Source of the DNA: Eledone cirrhosa
Taxonomy: Eukaryota
Direction: 5' to 3'
DNA: 64,000 bases
Assembly (NCBI GenBank): GCA_964016885.1
Contig: OZ024745.1
Coordinates: forward strand, 90,210,001 to 90,274,000
The translations under genes and the position numbers were made by a program. The notes beneath the pieces were generated by a model. The model was not told the origin of the DNA. It searched no databases and worked only from the letters and a program-made list of their open reading frames with translations. The first letter of the stretch is position 1. The number at the start of each line of letters is the position of its first letter. Of the stretch, positions 27,170-44,600 are shown piece after piece.

Positions 27170-28030
27170 CAAAGTTTTGTTTCACGAAAGTGAAGTATAC
27201 AATAAAAACAAAATTGGACCACACAGTGTGCAACAGACGCCTAAACAAGAGAAAATAAAACAATTAACACAATTACAAACGGAAAAACTGACAACCACAA
27301 CAACAACAACACCCAAAAAATAACTTTTGCCGAAACAGTCATAAACAAAATTGACTACAAGGAGATAGATAATGCAAGACAAATGTTGTCAAAGTGGATT
27401 TAAAATAACCCCCCCCCCCCCTCCAGAAATCAGAATTGAAACACTTAGAAGGACAGTAACCTTCAGAACTGTTTCAAATGAAACAAAAAGACCAGCATTC
27501 CTCAGTCAAGGGGAAATTGAAGCAACCTTGAAGGAGATATTGCCAACATAGACTTTATGCAGAGGGCCAAACAGTATGGGAGGATGTCGGGGCTTCTCAA
27601 AAGCGAGGCCCTCGCACAAAAATATTCCGTGACACCGATACTGTAAAAAAAATACACCTTTTTCCCTACATACCTGGGAAAAAGGAATGAAAAATTAAAA
27701 TTACCAACATACCACCAAATATTAACATTTGGTGGATCCTGGCAGGATTCTTGGAACAAGGAGAGGATAACATCCCGTCCATCAAGAAATCAACCAGACA
27801 CACGTGGTCTGGTACAAATTTGGAGATTCTGGTTCAAATGAGGCCGGAGAGAAGCTACAAAATACCCGAAAGCGTGCTGGTCGACAACAACAGCCACATC
27901 AACATTTCGACCGAAGAAAGAAGACCACACTGCTTCCGATGTAACAGTACATCGCATCTAAAGGCCTCCTGCCTTTTACAGAGACACTTTAAAAAAACAA
28001 TCCAAAAAAAAATACTGTTACCAACACCAA
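27170..28030 (+). mobile_element. Degenerate Tx1-type ORF1 remnant
   Basis: LEILVQMRPER..ERRPHCFRCNSTSHLKASC, homologous to ORF1 at 18071-19423. Confidence 0.75.
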
Positions 28031-28032
28031 CG

Positions 28033-29490
28033 TGACCATATGGTGAGCATAGCCACTGTATGGTGACCATAGCCACTGTACAGAGGAAAAGAACGTCTCT
28101 TTCGTTTTTGAAAGAAGTTGGCGGTTTGATCCTTACTATGGATTTGTCCCATACGCGGCAGCAGTTGTTCTGTGTAGTTCCACAGGTCTGTTACGCCCGG
28201 GCAGTGTATAATTGCGTGAAAGACGGTTTCAATATCTTGCTCGCATCTTGGACACGTCCTCTTGGAAGGATCCCTGCCTGTAGATCTTGTCCGTGCCTGT
28301 AGATCTTGTCTCGAACTGATAGAGCACCTCGGTAGCACTGCCAGGCCATAGACCTCTGTAAATTGTCCATAGGTCCCGGGCGGAAAGTCCTACCAAACAG
28401 AATCGTGGGTTCGTCGTCTTCGATGCCTAGAGTCTCTCCGAACACATCGTCGCCCTTGTGACGTACTAACCCTCTATAGAATGTCGAAGTGGAGTCTCCA
28501 CTGATTGCTGTGCCACCTTGACAGAGAACTGTGAGCGCTTGAGCGCATTCAATGGGCCAGGCGCCCATCGTTTTCGGTCTCCGCTTGACCCAGGACTGCA
28601 GCTCCGTCAGCGAGACAAGTTGCAGGAAGGCCTGTCTTACAAACGGTGCCCACACCGGTTGGTCGGTGAGGAATACCTGGAGATGCCGTAGCCTCAATGC
28701 ATGTTTGCGCATCATCAGCCACGGTATTCCCATCCCTCCGTTGGAAGGGTGCTGACAGCAGATGTATCTCCTCACCGGTGGAGCCTGCTTCTTCCAAAGG
28801 AACTAGAAGAGCATGCGTTCCATCTTGGTGAGGTGTTCACGGGGACAATGCACGACGGTCAAGCGGTAGAAGATGACGGACGCTATGAAAGTGTTCGCCA
28901 CCTCCGCTCGACATTTCAAGGATAGTTTGTACTCTGCCCACTTCTAGGTGAGCGTAAATACCTTGGCCGTGACCTCGTTCCAGTTTTTCTCCACCTGGAA
29001 GTCCGGACCGAACCAGACCCCGAGCAATTTCACCGGTCCGTCCGCATATGGTAGACGAGATTGAGAGCATTGAGGGCAGATGCCTTCTCTCCGGACAACA
29101 ACTCATTCCCTTCTTTAGGTACCACTTTAGGAGAATCAGAGTGGAGAGAGAGGCACTGCACCCCAGTAAATTTACTGAAAGGTCGGTGAATGTAGCGAAA
29201 ATGGTCCGACTGATTGGGCCTTCGCTGTAAATAAACCTGTAGGTTGAAGAAGAGAGCAAAAGGAAGAAAGGAGCACTTGCACAACACGCTCCTGAAGTTG
29301 AGGGTTGTTCTATCGACGGAGTATTAAACAACCCATTTGTGGCGCCTCTCCCCTTATTGGGGATTTCGATTGTTAAATTTGTTTGTTTCAATATTTTTAC
29401 ACGACTGTATGTAAAATCCCCGGCATATGTCTTTGTTTTGTCCCCTTTTCTTGTGCGCCCTTGTGGCAAATAAAGAAATATATCAATCTA
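28033..29490. mobile_element. Tx1-type LINE 3' end with 5' inversion
   Basis: 28038-29045 is ORF2 on the minus strand, and 29046-29490 is the immediately downstream 3' end on the plus strand with a tcta-like tail. Confidence 0.82.
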
Positions 29491-30675
29491 TCTGTCTATC
29501 TCATTCACACATACATGCAAACATACATACTTACACATATACACACATATACACACATACACATAAACACACTTGAGCACACATATTTAGTCTGGCATCT
29601 TCGCTCTCTCTCTCTCTATGACGGACCCAGTATATTTATCAATGCCAGGACCGGTTGTATCTCAGCGTACTCAATAGGTAATGTAGGATACATTCCCAGA
29701 GTATACACATATTTATTCGCTTCAATACAACACACGTCTAACGGGTGCCTATAATAGTTCCCGGACTCGTGTTTCGGCCACACTTAATGCAACAGTAGGG
29801 TGCACTGCACCCTCTGTCTGCATATATTATGCAATAATGCATAATCGGCGTATGTGGCTTGATCATCGGGTATCGCCTAATCAATAACCAATCGATCGAC
29901 AGAATCCAAACCCCAGCCCATGCCGGTCATGACTGTTTGTGACAGCCGACACAGTAAAGTGATTAGCAACTGGAATCTGATACAACTCTGTCCCCCGACC
30001 AGCCACCGATTTACAAACTTTACGTGGTGGCGGGAAAATAGAAAACAAATCTTTTCGTTCCCGTAAAAAGCCCTCAGCCAACGTGTCTCAAACACAAGTT
30101 AATAAGAAGTGAAAAGATGGTTATTAGAAAGAGCAGTCAAACATCGATGTATAATAGAATGGTAGCATTCGGCTCAGGTCTCCAAGTCCCATGGCTAGAG
30201 GAAAGCGATAGTAACAATGGTAGTGCCGCGGAACATTTAACGGACATTAAATGCCAGTATCTATTATACAGAGATATAGTAGCGAGCTGGATTGCGGCAG
30301 CCACGTGTGTAAACCAGTCTATTTCACAACTTTAAAGAGTGAGAGATAAAATTAATAGCAGGAATTAGAGTGCATATCAAAACAAAACACAATAAAAAAA
30401 AAAAAGGGAAAAATTGTTTAACTTACTCTCATTAGTCCGCTAGTTGGGAGATAATAATAATAAGGAGTTGACGGACCCAGCAATGTCAGGTTTGTTGGTT
30501 CACCACTGGATAGAACTGGTCATTCCGTATAGTCAACCTTGATGTAATATTAGGGAGAGCACTCGACGTGATGCAACTCACCCCTCTTCGTTAGTGTTGT
30601 TGGTGGTGCGAGTACGGAGTTAATTATTATAAAATAACAGGAGGCTGGACTGGTGTAATTCCTTAAAGGTTTATT

Positions 30676-30733
30676 ATACTATGAACATTTCAATGACCGG
30701 GTTCAGTATGAATCCGGTGACATCATCAGGTAT
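30676..30733 (-). ncRNA. Type I hammerhead ribozyme
   Basis: Minus strand: auac-CUGAUGA-(accgg..uuca/ugaa..ccggu)-GAAA-UGUUCA-UA-guau. Confidence 0.72.
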
Positions 30734-30861
30734 TCGAAATTTAACAAAAGGAATATAATAGACACAATCCATGGGGCTTGAAATGCAGAGAGACAAGGCG
30801 GTATCAAACATTTAGCAATTTCTAGTCCGGTCGGTCACCTTCAATATATATATATCTGTCT

Positions 30862-32585
30862 GTCTTGGAGAACAATTACTTCGTTTTCAAAGACAAATCC
30901 TACAGGCAGAAATCTGGGACCGCTATGAGAACGAAAACGGCCCCCACTTATGCCAACCTTGTAATGGGATACCTGGAAATCACCCTCTACACTAAAGTAC
31001 TAAACACATTTGGAAACACTCTCCACTTACACATAGAAAAGAACTGGAAGCGATATCTAGATGACTGCTTCATCCTTTGGCACAAAAACATCGAGAAACT
31101 TAAAGATTTTTTCACCCTTATAAATGGGCTCAACACGAATATTAATTTTACAATGGAATACAGCCACCAACAACTCCCCTTCCTCGACATCCTCATTAAG
31201 ATTCATAACAATAAAATAGAAACAGACATATACTACAAGCCCACAGACTCCAAGCAATATCTTCCTTTCAACTCTTGCCACTCTAGACACGTTAAAATTA
31301 ATATTACCTACAACTTAGCCAAGAGAATCTGTACTATAGTCTCCAATAAAAACACCTGTTACTTACGGCTACAAGAACTAAAGGACATACTCATAAGCAG
31401 GGACTACGCTGCATCACTAATTGACAATGGAATCCAACGTGCCCTGAAACTCAGTACCCAGGACCTTAGACACCCAAAAGCAAACCAACCGAAACTAAAA
31501 GCTCTTCCATACATCTCCACACACAACCTCCTCAATAATGAGGCCTTTGACACCATCCCCCAGAACATCCCTGTGTTACAGAAGGACCATAGAATTAACC
31601 AAATCCTTAGAACACACGATATCATAAAGAGCAAAAGACAATCTAAGTCAATGAAAAACATCCTAACACATGCCAAGGTACTACCAACGACAACAACGAA
31701 AGCCACAGTAAAAGAAATGAAATAGACCCAACTGTGGCATATGCATCAACCTAATAAAGGGTTCGGAATTCTATTTCAAATAGGGACAATTTTTTATAGT
31801 AAAGCACAATTTCACATGCGCATCAGAAAACCTAATATATGTATTAACTTGCTCAGGTTGTCGAGAACAATACATAGGCCAGACTAAGACCAGCCTCCGC
31901 CAACGCATGACTGTCCATAGATCCCAAATCAAAATACGGGAATACAGAAAAATACCGCTGAGTGAACACATTGATACCTGTGCCGCCCCAAATCATCCCA
32001 ACTTTAGAATCTTTCCCCTCTACAAATTTAAAGATAATGCCACCCACACCCAGCACATCAGCAAGGAATCTCACTTTATTAACAAATACAGACCACGTCT
32101 AAACATTTCTCCCTAAGACGAACCCACAACATACACACGTCCACATACATACCTACATCAACATACATCCTACATACATTTCTATCCACAAGTATCCCAT
32201 ACGCCAGGGCCTAATGGATTCCCTTGCAGTACGTACAATCTGGACACACTCACACACAACTTGGTGTTATGACAATACTATACATCATTTCACCTCTTTT
32301 ATTATTGAACATTCACGTGACTTCTACCGACCAATCAAAATTATAGTGCTTATTCACGTGACATTCAACAACCAGCCAAATCACGAACGCTCTATCTCAA
32401 AATTATTTTTGAAAATCATTTGAAATGCGCAACCGGTAAAAAACTTAAAACTAACACTGAATACTAACAATTACTTATTACTAATTTATACTTATCCTAA
32501 TTAAACTATTTTTCACTGGAAAAAATCTGTCAGCATTTTCTTTTCCTTTTTACTAATATATTACAACTCGTGTGTCACACCTCTA
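30862..32585 (+). mobile_element. Penelope-like element (5'-truncated RT, Cys-rich linker, GIY-YIG, pLTR)
   Basis: YRQKSGTAM, RYLDD, LPFLDI, YYKPTD, then NLIYVLTCSGCREQYIGQT. Confidence 0.92.
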
Positions 32586-32655
32586 TTTTATATATATATA
32601 TATATATATAGAATGGAAAACGAAAAATCGGGGATGCATCGGAACTCAATTTATT

Positions 32656-32743
32656 GTGTTACAATTGTTTCCCCGGCGAACAGCTCGAGGTGTGATCCGT
32701 GTGTGGTTCTACCTGACTCTAGTCTCGCAGATTCCTCAGACAC
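32656..32743 (-). ncRNA. Type I hammerhead ribozyme with long stem II
   Basis: Minus strand: gugu-CUGAGGA-aucugcga...ucgccggg-GAAA-CAAUUG-UA-acac. Confidence 0.8.
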
Positions 32744-32800
32744 CTCTATTGATTTCGGAAGAGGATATGATCGAGCTCAGCCGTCGGGGTCCTACTCGTT

Positions 32801-32835
<35 letters not shown>

Positions 32836-33066
32836 ATAAGGATATTTATATTTATATATGTTTAATACAATTATAAATATGGAGGGTAGTACTAAGTATT
32901 AGCCGGTTACCGGTATGGCAAAAGGCTCAATGCAAATGTTCAAGTGTTTTACAGAGCCGAGATACAAAGTGTTAAAACGATCAAATTTTTATATATATAT
33001 ATATGTAAGGAATCAAATAAATATTCTTAAAAAGACTCCAGTTGCATTTTCGGTTTCACCTTTTTT

Positions 33067-33106
<40 letters not shown>

Positions 33107-33196
33107 CAAAGGAATTGTGGTAATGAACCAGATGGACCATAACGCACCAGAGTACTCAATACTTAGGTAGTAGGTGGGAAATAGGAAAAAGTATGA

Positions 33197-33288
33197 CCCG
33201 ACGACAGAGCTCAAGCGGTTTCGACGGCTATTTCTGGACGAAATTAGAATTTGTAGCCTGGTGAATAAATAGCCGAACTTGTCAAGGG
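33197..33288 (-). ncRNA. Hammerhead with U3-A8 covariant core
   Basis: Minus strand: ccc-UUGACAA-(cggcuauuu/aaauagccg)-GAAA-C..G-UC-ggg. Stem III is intact in the sister copy at 3074-3100. Confidence 0.65.
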
Positions 33289-34582
33289 GGTACTTCCTTA
33301 TATGGGAAGATTGTAATTGTCAAGAGGATTGGTTAAAATTTGTTGTAAACACAAATAAGTCTATCATGTCATTTGGTGGGAGGTAGGGGTGGCTCAACTT
33401 GCCTGTAAAACAATAGGGGAGTGAGTGGAGCGGTCAAGCGTTGAAAGTGATAAGTATACAGCAGATTCTAAGGATAGTGTATGAAGTGGAGGAGGGAGGT
33501 TATAGAAGAGGTAAATCGAATGAGAGTAGGAGACAATAAAAGATACTAGAAAGAAATAAAAAAAAATATATAAAATTAGATAGTGAGAAATGAATTTAAA
33601 AAATCACAATGCTATCTTACAATTACAGGTTAATAAGTTGAGAATAGAAAAAACTTGTAGAAATGACAAAACTGAAACAAAATTAAAGAGGTTTAACACA
33701 TCTGCTATAAGTATATAGATAATAATATAACCTACAATCTCACTTGGAGCTTACTGTACAGAGCTAACCCTTACACGGGAGGACGCCGTCCGTGTAACTT
33801 ATGCTCGGGGAAAACATTACAAATGCTGTTTTCGAAGGACCAACTCCTAAACAAGAAAGACGAACTGGTAACCGCATGCAAACACAGATTGCGTAGGACT
33901 TACCCGTCCTCAAACCCCATAACGACCGGGGTGGGTAGACAAAGGCTGATACCCCCCCCCCACACACACACACACACACATACACACACACTTGCCGTAT
34001 AAGTTAGGGGAAACCCCAGCTTACATGGGTAGATGTATCTCTTTTTTTTCCTCTTTGTCTTCTTCCCCCTGTCTCATCCTATCACTTCCTTCCACCCCCT
34101 ATTTTCTTCCTCGTCTTCTTTTCCCCTTTCGCCTTCCCCGATGCAGCCCATCGGCCCTCTGTAGCATCAGTTCCCCCACCCCTGTAATTTTAAGATAGAA
34201 TTGGCCGAATACGTTTTACTAACTACTTATGTGTTAAACCCCTTTAATTTTGTTTCAGTTTTGTAATTTCTACAAGTTTTTTCTATTCTCAACTTACGCC
34301 ATCACACACGCCATCACACCCATTATTCTTAATCTAAAGAATTCTTATTCTGAAGTTGAGCCTTTGACACCTCAAAACGTTAATAGACTTATGGTTTTAG
34401 GAAACATATTCGTGCAAAACGAAGAGAAAGTAAATACGACGTATAAATCTTTTAAGACCTTTAAGATTAAAATTGGACTCAGTCGTGTCTTTATTATAGC
34501 ATGTTTGAAAGAAAAGCCGTTCATTATTTATACATATATACATGTAACCACATATATAAACATATATATAAGGATACACACC

Positions 34583-34693
<111 letters not shown>

Positions 34694-34794
34694 ATATATA
34701 TACCCATATATACACACATATACTGACATAAATGTATTGAATGTGTGTGTGTGCTCCTGACGCTTTTCACATCTGAGCATTAAGCTATTATTCT

Positions 34795-38056
<3,262 letters not shown>

Positions 38057-38782
38057 TGTGTGTGTTTTAAACAATCTAACAGGAAAACTAAGACAGGAGA
38101 AGTTTCAAATTAAGAATATTACTTTAACGGTCAGATGTGAAAATGGTTCAGTCAATAACGTTTCGGACTATGCACTTCTTCATCACACAGAGAGAGCAAG
38201 GAAACTTGCAGAAGAGCAAGGAAAATGTCGGTAGCAGGAAGATATATTTGCGGCCTTGTTTGTAATTCATGGATTTGGAAAGGGGAGGTAAGTGAGGTTA
38301 GTGTGAGAATACAGGCAAATACATACATCAAAGTGGTTGTGGGCGCAGGCAGAAGCAGAGATGGAGAGTCTGAGGGATTAGGGTGCGGATTTCACTCCGG
38401 ATGCGCTAGAAATTTGCACAATAAATATGCATACACATACGTGTGTGTGCATGTGTTTGTGTGTGTGTGTTTGTGTCTGTGTATGTGTGTGTGTGCGTGG
38501 GTGTGTGCTGTACATGAATAGATTTGTGGCTAAGGAGTTGGCCACTCAAACGCATAGTTCTGGTTTCTGTATCTTCTAACATAGCTTAGGGGTGTTCAAT
38601 GATTTTTTATGTGATATATGGAATTTGGTAGACGTTTATTGATTGCTTACGGGCGTTTCGCTATTGATCAGCTCAAGGTTCGATCTTTATCTGTCTGACC
38701 TGACTCTGGAATCAAAAGCTCGTCGGACATCTGCTGTTGTAATGACAGAATGAACCATATATATATATATATATAGACAGTC

Positions 38783-38833
38783 AGATTCCTGATGATTTCT
38801 CAAGAATGAAACAGTTCTAGTCCTGTAGAATCT
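38783..38833 (+). ncRNA. Canonical type I hammerhead ribozyme
   Basis: agauuc-CUGAUGA-uUUC(ucaa)GAAu-GAAA-CAG(uucuaguc)CUG-UA-gaaucu. GUA cleavage after 38827. Confidence 0.9.
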
Positions 38834-38913
38834 CATCTATATTAAAACTATATATATATACATAAATAAATATATGTATGTATATATAAACATGAATATA
38901 TAGATATATACAG

Positions 38914-39022
<109 letters not shown>

Positions 39023-39026
39023 TATA

Positions 39027-39681
39027 TAGCTCTGATTGTTTAATTTATTAATTTTTCATTGAGCCAAAAAGAGATCAGTTGCAAAACACGTATATGTATG
39101 TGTATGTATATATATATGTAAACTGTTATATGTAATAATCTCCCACTAGGTTGAGATACAAATTTGGCTGTATTGTGCTGTGCTTTCTAGCTAAAACGCC
39201 ACCAGTCGTAAGCAACTACCACACCCCTTCCAACTTGACCGCGACTACGTCACGATTTTTAGCCATTTTGAAATGAATTCTTGGCGCGATCGTTTTGGAA
39301 AATTTAATGTCTAGATATGAGCGAGTTTCCTGAAAAATCCGGCGCTCGAGTTTATATAATTATTACATAATTATTGGAAAACTCAAAACACGGACGAAAC
39401 CATGGTAGAGGTATTTAAATGTATTCTATTTTCTCCTAGTTTATTTTAAACCTAAATCTGCTTAGTTGAGTGTATCTAGGCGATTACGCTGTCGAAATAT
39501 TCGATAAATATTCCACTACAGCCGACGCGAAGCGCTAGTTTTGGTTATTTGTTGGAGATTCCTTCATAGAAGCCTCATTCGTATAGCCTGGTCTATTCGA
39601 TTTTTTATATAGTTAATTATGCTAATTGGGAGAGGAAATAGTATATATTTTATCTTGTGATACTATAGACATGTTTTATGA
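39027..39681 (+). mobile_element. ORF-less ~655-bp unit in (TA)n with a degenerate long-stem-II HHR (39326-39411)
   Basis: uuuc-CUGAAAA-aUCCG..CGGAc-GAAA-CCAUGG-UA-gagg. Permuted homolog at 21183-21540. Confidence 0.7.
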
Positions 39682-39798
39682 TATATATATATATATATCT
39701 GCATATATATATATATAATCATGTTTATATATACATACATATATTTATGTATGTATGTATATATATATATATATATATATATAGTTTTCATATAGATG

Positions 39799-39849
39799 AG
39801 ATTCTACAGGACTAGAACTGTTTCATTCTTGAGAAATCATCAGGAATCT
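39799..39849 (-). ncRNA. Canonical type I hammerhead ribozyme (identical to 38783-38833)
   Basis: Exact reverse complement of the 51-nt motif. Confidence 0.9.
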
Positions 39850-39852
39850 GAC

Positions 39853-39904
<52 letters not shown>

Positions 39905-39951
39905 AATAAATATATGTATGTATATATAAACATGAATATATATATATACAC

Positions 39952-40010
<59 letters not shown>

Positions 40011-40051
40011 AATAAATATATGTATGTATATATAAACATGAATATATATAT

Positions 40052-40085
<34 letters not shown>

Positions 40086-40181
40086 ATTTGTGTATATATA
40101 TATAATCATGTTTATATATACATACATATATTTATTTATGTATATATATATATATATATATATATAGTTTTAATATAGATG

Positions 40182-40232
40182 AGATTCTACAGGACTAGAA
40201 CTGTTTCATTCTTGAGAAATCATCAGGAATCT
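40182..40232 (-). ncRNA. Canonical type I hammerhead ribozyme (identical to 38783-38833)
   Basis: Exact reverse complement, 383 nt from the 39799 copy in the same orientation. Confidence 0.9.
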
Positions 40233-40238
40233 GACTGT

Positions 40239-40272
<34 letters not shown>

Positions 40273-40336
40273 GTAGAAATAAGCGAAGTAGAAATAAGCG
40301 AAGAAATAAGCGGGTAGAAATAAGCGAAGCGAGAAA

Positions 40337-40388
<52 letters not shown>

Positions 40389-41376
40389 CACACACTCGCG
40401 CGCGCGCGCGCATATATATATATTTTGACAAAATGGAACTCCTGTTGATGAAATGAATCCTCTGTTCGTCATGGAATACCACGAGCGTGCCTGTTACGTA
40501 AGTTGGATATTTGATTTCGGATTTCACAGAAACACTTTAAACGTATATCGTTTAATTTGTCCAGGTGTATATTTTTTAACCTGTTAGTTTTTTCGTTGCT
40601 CTGGTATTGTGTTAGGTTTTGCCTACCACAATGTTCAATTTGTCAAGCTATTTAAACGTATGTTTTTACTCTAAGGACCTACCCTTATTGAGTGCTTTGT
40701 TAACTCATTCATATTGTAGGTCGACTATGCTTGCCCACAGCCAAAGCTTCGATTTTACTAAGCTTCCACATGTATATATATATATAGATATATGCACACA
40801 CACACACACATATTTATATATATGTATATATATATAAATAACTCCAGCTACTCTAATACCATTAACTATATCTCAAGGATTACACATTATACGCCTTACA
40901 TAACTTACTTCTTTGTTGGACGTCTCATTATTCTGTCATTATTTTAGTCTTGAATGTTTCTTTCGTGTTTACTCTCCTTTACCATCTCCCTTTGGTCAAT
41001 CTACTTCAATGTTTGTGGGGAGTGAGGGTTGAAGGTGGGGAAATGAAGTAGTCTTATTTTATGTTTCTCCCCCTCCTCTTCTTCCTCCTCCTAAATCTAC
41101 TCCTTCTCTCTCTCTCCTCTCTCTCTCTCACTCTGCCTCTTCCTCCCTATCTCTTTCTCATCTCGTTACTTTACTTCTTTCTTCCTTGATACATAAACGC
41201 GTGGGCGCACACACACACACACAGAAATATATATATATATATATATAGTAATAATAATAAATTTGAAGACTAAAATCCAAAGAGGGCTCGATAAGGATAA
41301 ATATATATCAAATATATAAGAACCATAGAGCAAATATTTATTAAAATAACAGATTAAACTTTAATCTGTTATTTTA

Positions 41377-41418
<42 letters not shown>

Positions 41419-41427
41419 ATAATAATG

Positions 41428-41612
41428 CTTTCGTTATTAACCACAAGGATTTACATAAAGAAGACATTAAGGACAGTACAAGACAATACAGGACGGTACA
41501 AATGGGCATTTCTGCGTGTAAAAAAACAGAGGATGTAATAAAAAATAACATTGAAAAATTCCCCAATAGGGGGGAGACTTCCGAGGGATATTTGTGGAGA
41601 AAGCCCATTAAA
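41428..41612 (-). mobile_element. Tx1-type LINE 3' UTR fragment
   Basis: 41428-41560 is near-identical to 55370-55515 and abuts (AAT)n. Confidence 0.75.
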
Positions 41613-41659
41613 AGAACCACTCATGATAATAACAATTTAAAAAAAACAACAAAAAGAAA

Positions 41660-44600
41660 ACCCCGTGACCAAGAAATACCGGGATGGCGGCCGGCGGGGA
41701 ATAGCCATGTCTCTAGGGGAGAACGACCCCTCTAGTCTTGGTTGACACTCGTTCTAGAAGTGGTAACACGAAAAGATTACCCCTTGGCGGATAAGGATAA
41801 AACGCGACAAAATAAAGTGGATGTCTAATGATGAAATCTCATACCGGATCGGCCGTCACCCGGGTAAAAAAAGGGCCGCGTTCCTCAGAGAGGAACCAGA
41901 CTGGGGTCGAAAAATCAGCTAATGGTTCAAACCTTCCCATCACTTCGGAGCTGGAGACCTCCCATAACCGGAATACTCCTACTGTTGGCCCTCCATGCTC
42001 ACCACCAAGAAATCCAAAGAAAAAGAGAGAAAAATGGTCAAGGGAAGATAATAAAGAAGTCCTTGAGGCTTTCTACACTGCCATGTACTACCCGTCAAAT
42101 ACATCGAATACAGAGCAAACATATATCAACTGGAAAAAGAAACATCCCGAAAACAGAGGCTATATTGACAGTAACAAACTAGCCAATATACGAAGAAATA
42201 TTGTAAGAAAAAAGTTACTAACTGATATAGAAATTGATCAGATCAAGCTAGTAGCACAAAGTCAGCGAAGGGAAAATGAAGCATGTGTCAGTGAAAACGA
42301 GGTAAACTGTAACACTTCGAATCCCAGAGTTGGGGCGGAATCACTGGCAACAGAACAAATTAAAGAAAGGAGCGAAAAAGTGGAGGGAGTGCATGCTCAG
42401 GATGAAACTCCAAATGAAAATAATGAGATCGTAAATGATAAAGAAATGAATGAGAATGAACTTGCCAACTTGAAGGATGAAATTATGATCGAATGGATGA
42501 AAATGAAAGAATCTGACATGGGGGAACGAGACACCCTCCCTAAGATCCAGAACTACAAACAGAACCAAAAGATAATACACAAGACTAACATAATAATCAA
42601 AAACATTATCATCACAAACAAAATAAACATTACTGACTTAAATCATCTCTATTATGCATCGGCTAAAGTCACCACTCACTTATGTGGAGTGAAGATGAAA
42701 AAACAAAGGAATTCCCACAAGAAATCTACTTGGCAAGATAACATCAATCGCCAAATAAACCTTCTCCGATCTGACATAGAAATTTTAACAAACTATAAAG
42801 TAGGTGAACATGTTAAACAAACTAAACTTAGAAAATTGAAAAAAAAATAAAGTATAAGATCAACATGTGACATAGACATGCTGATAGAAACAATCAAGCA
42901 AAAAGTGTCGGCCAAAGCTGCTCGTATAAGGCGCTTTGAAAAACGATCTAGATTCTATAAGGACAATAATATGTTCAAAAACAACCAAAGAAACTTCTAC
43001 AGAAAAATTGGTAAGTCAACAATAACTGCTAAATCAATACCACCCAAGGAGGAAGTGCAAGAATTCTGGGAAAAGATCTGGGCCGAAGAAAAAGTTCATA
43101 ACATACATGCACCATGGATAGACAGACAAATGAAAGAAACAGCTCACCTTGAAGAACAAACATGGGAAAATATAACAGTTGAACAGCTGCGCTTGGCTCT
43201 AAGAAAAACCAGCAAATGGAAATCCCCAGGAAAAGACAAAATACAAAACTTTTGGATAAATGCCTTCACAGAGTCTCATGAGCTGTTAGCCCAACTTTAC
43301 AATGAAATAGTTAAGGAGCCAGAAAAGATACCATCATGGCTAGTTAACGGCATTACATTCCTGCTACCGAAGAATGATGAGACAAACAATCCCAAAAATT
43401 ACAGACCGATAACCTGCTTGACCACAATGTATAAAATTTTAACATCAGTCCTAACTGAATACACATATGACCACCTGATAACAAATGACCTATTTCCCAT
43501 TGAGCAGAAAGGGTGTAAACGAGGCTCATATGGCTGTAAGGATCAGCTTCTGGTTAACAAAATGATACTGGAAGATTGTCATAATAGACACAAAAATCTA
43601 TCGATTGCTTGGATAGATTATAAAAAAGCATTTGATAGTTTGCCACACAGTTGGATTGAAAAATGTTTAGAGATTTTCAAAATATCCCCCGTTGTCAGGA
43701 GGTTTTTGTCATTCAGTATGAGGACATGGAGAACGACACTCCTTTTGAATAGTGAAACAAAATCACTGGAAGCTGGAGAAGTTAACATTAATTGTGGAAT
43801 TTTTCAGGGTGACTCTTTATCACCGCTTTTATTCTGCATCGCACTTATACCATTAAGTAAAATGCTCAATGAAACAAAACATGGATATAGAGTCTATGAC
43901 AAAACCATTAATCACCTGTTCTACATGGATGACCTGAAACTATTCGCAAAAAATGATGAACAATTGCAAGGGCTATTATCCACCGTGAAGCAGTTCAGTG
44001 ATGACATTAAAATGGAGTTTGGACTGGATAAATGCGCCAAAGCAACGTTCACCAGAGGAAAGCTGCTGAAGAGTTCAGACATTAATCTTGATCGGGGGAA
44101 CGTGATAAGAGAGCTTGATCAAGAACAAACTTACAAATATCTAGGTGTTTGTGAAGGAGACGGAATCAAGCACTCGACAATGAGGGAAAGGATAAGGAAG
44201 GAATGTTACCGCAGAGTCAGAGCAATCTTAAGAACGGAATTGAATGCAAGGAATAGGATCGATGCCATAAACACGCTTGCCATACCAGTAGTAACCTACA
44301 GTTAGAATGTCATCAACTGGTCAAGCACAGAGATCCGTAGGCTCGATACAAAAATCCGAAAATTCTTAACCATGCACAGAATGCATCACCCTAAGGCAGA
44401 CATAGATAGAATATATCTCCATAGGAAAGAAGGAGGGCGTGGGTTAATCCAGTTAGACATTGCGTTGAAAACTGCAACAATTGGATTATCCACATATCTA
44501 AGGGAATCACATGATTGGATGATCAAACTCGTTTTGAAACACGAAAGCACCAAAAGATCATATTCCATTACAAAAGATGCACAAAGATACAGTAATGGAC

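Noticed and set aside
38153-38190. Minus-strand GUGAUGA...GAAACGUU
   Set aside because: Core and stems are too degenerate to call, though it may be an HHR fossil.
40441-40545. UUGAUGA...GAAAC with possible stem II
   Set aside because: Stems I and III do not pair.
42848-44305. Programmed readthrough or selenocysteine in the Dong ORF
   Set aside because: The stops are TAA and TAG at positions expected to be Tyr or Phe/Leu, so point mutation is the simpler explanation.
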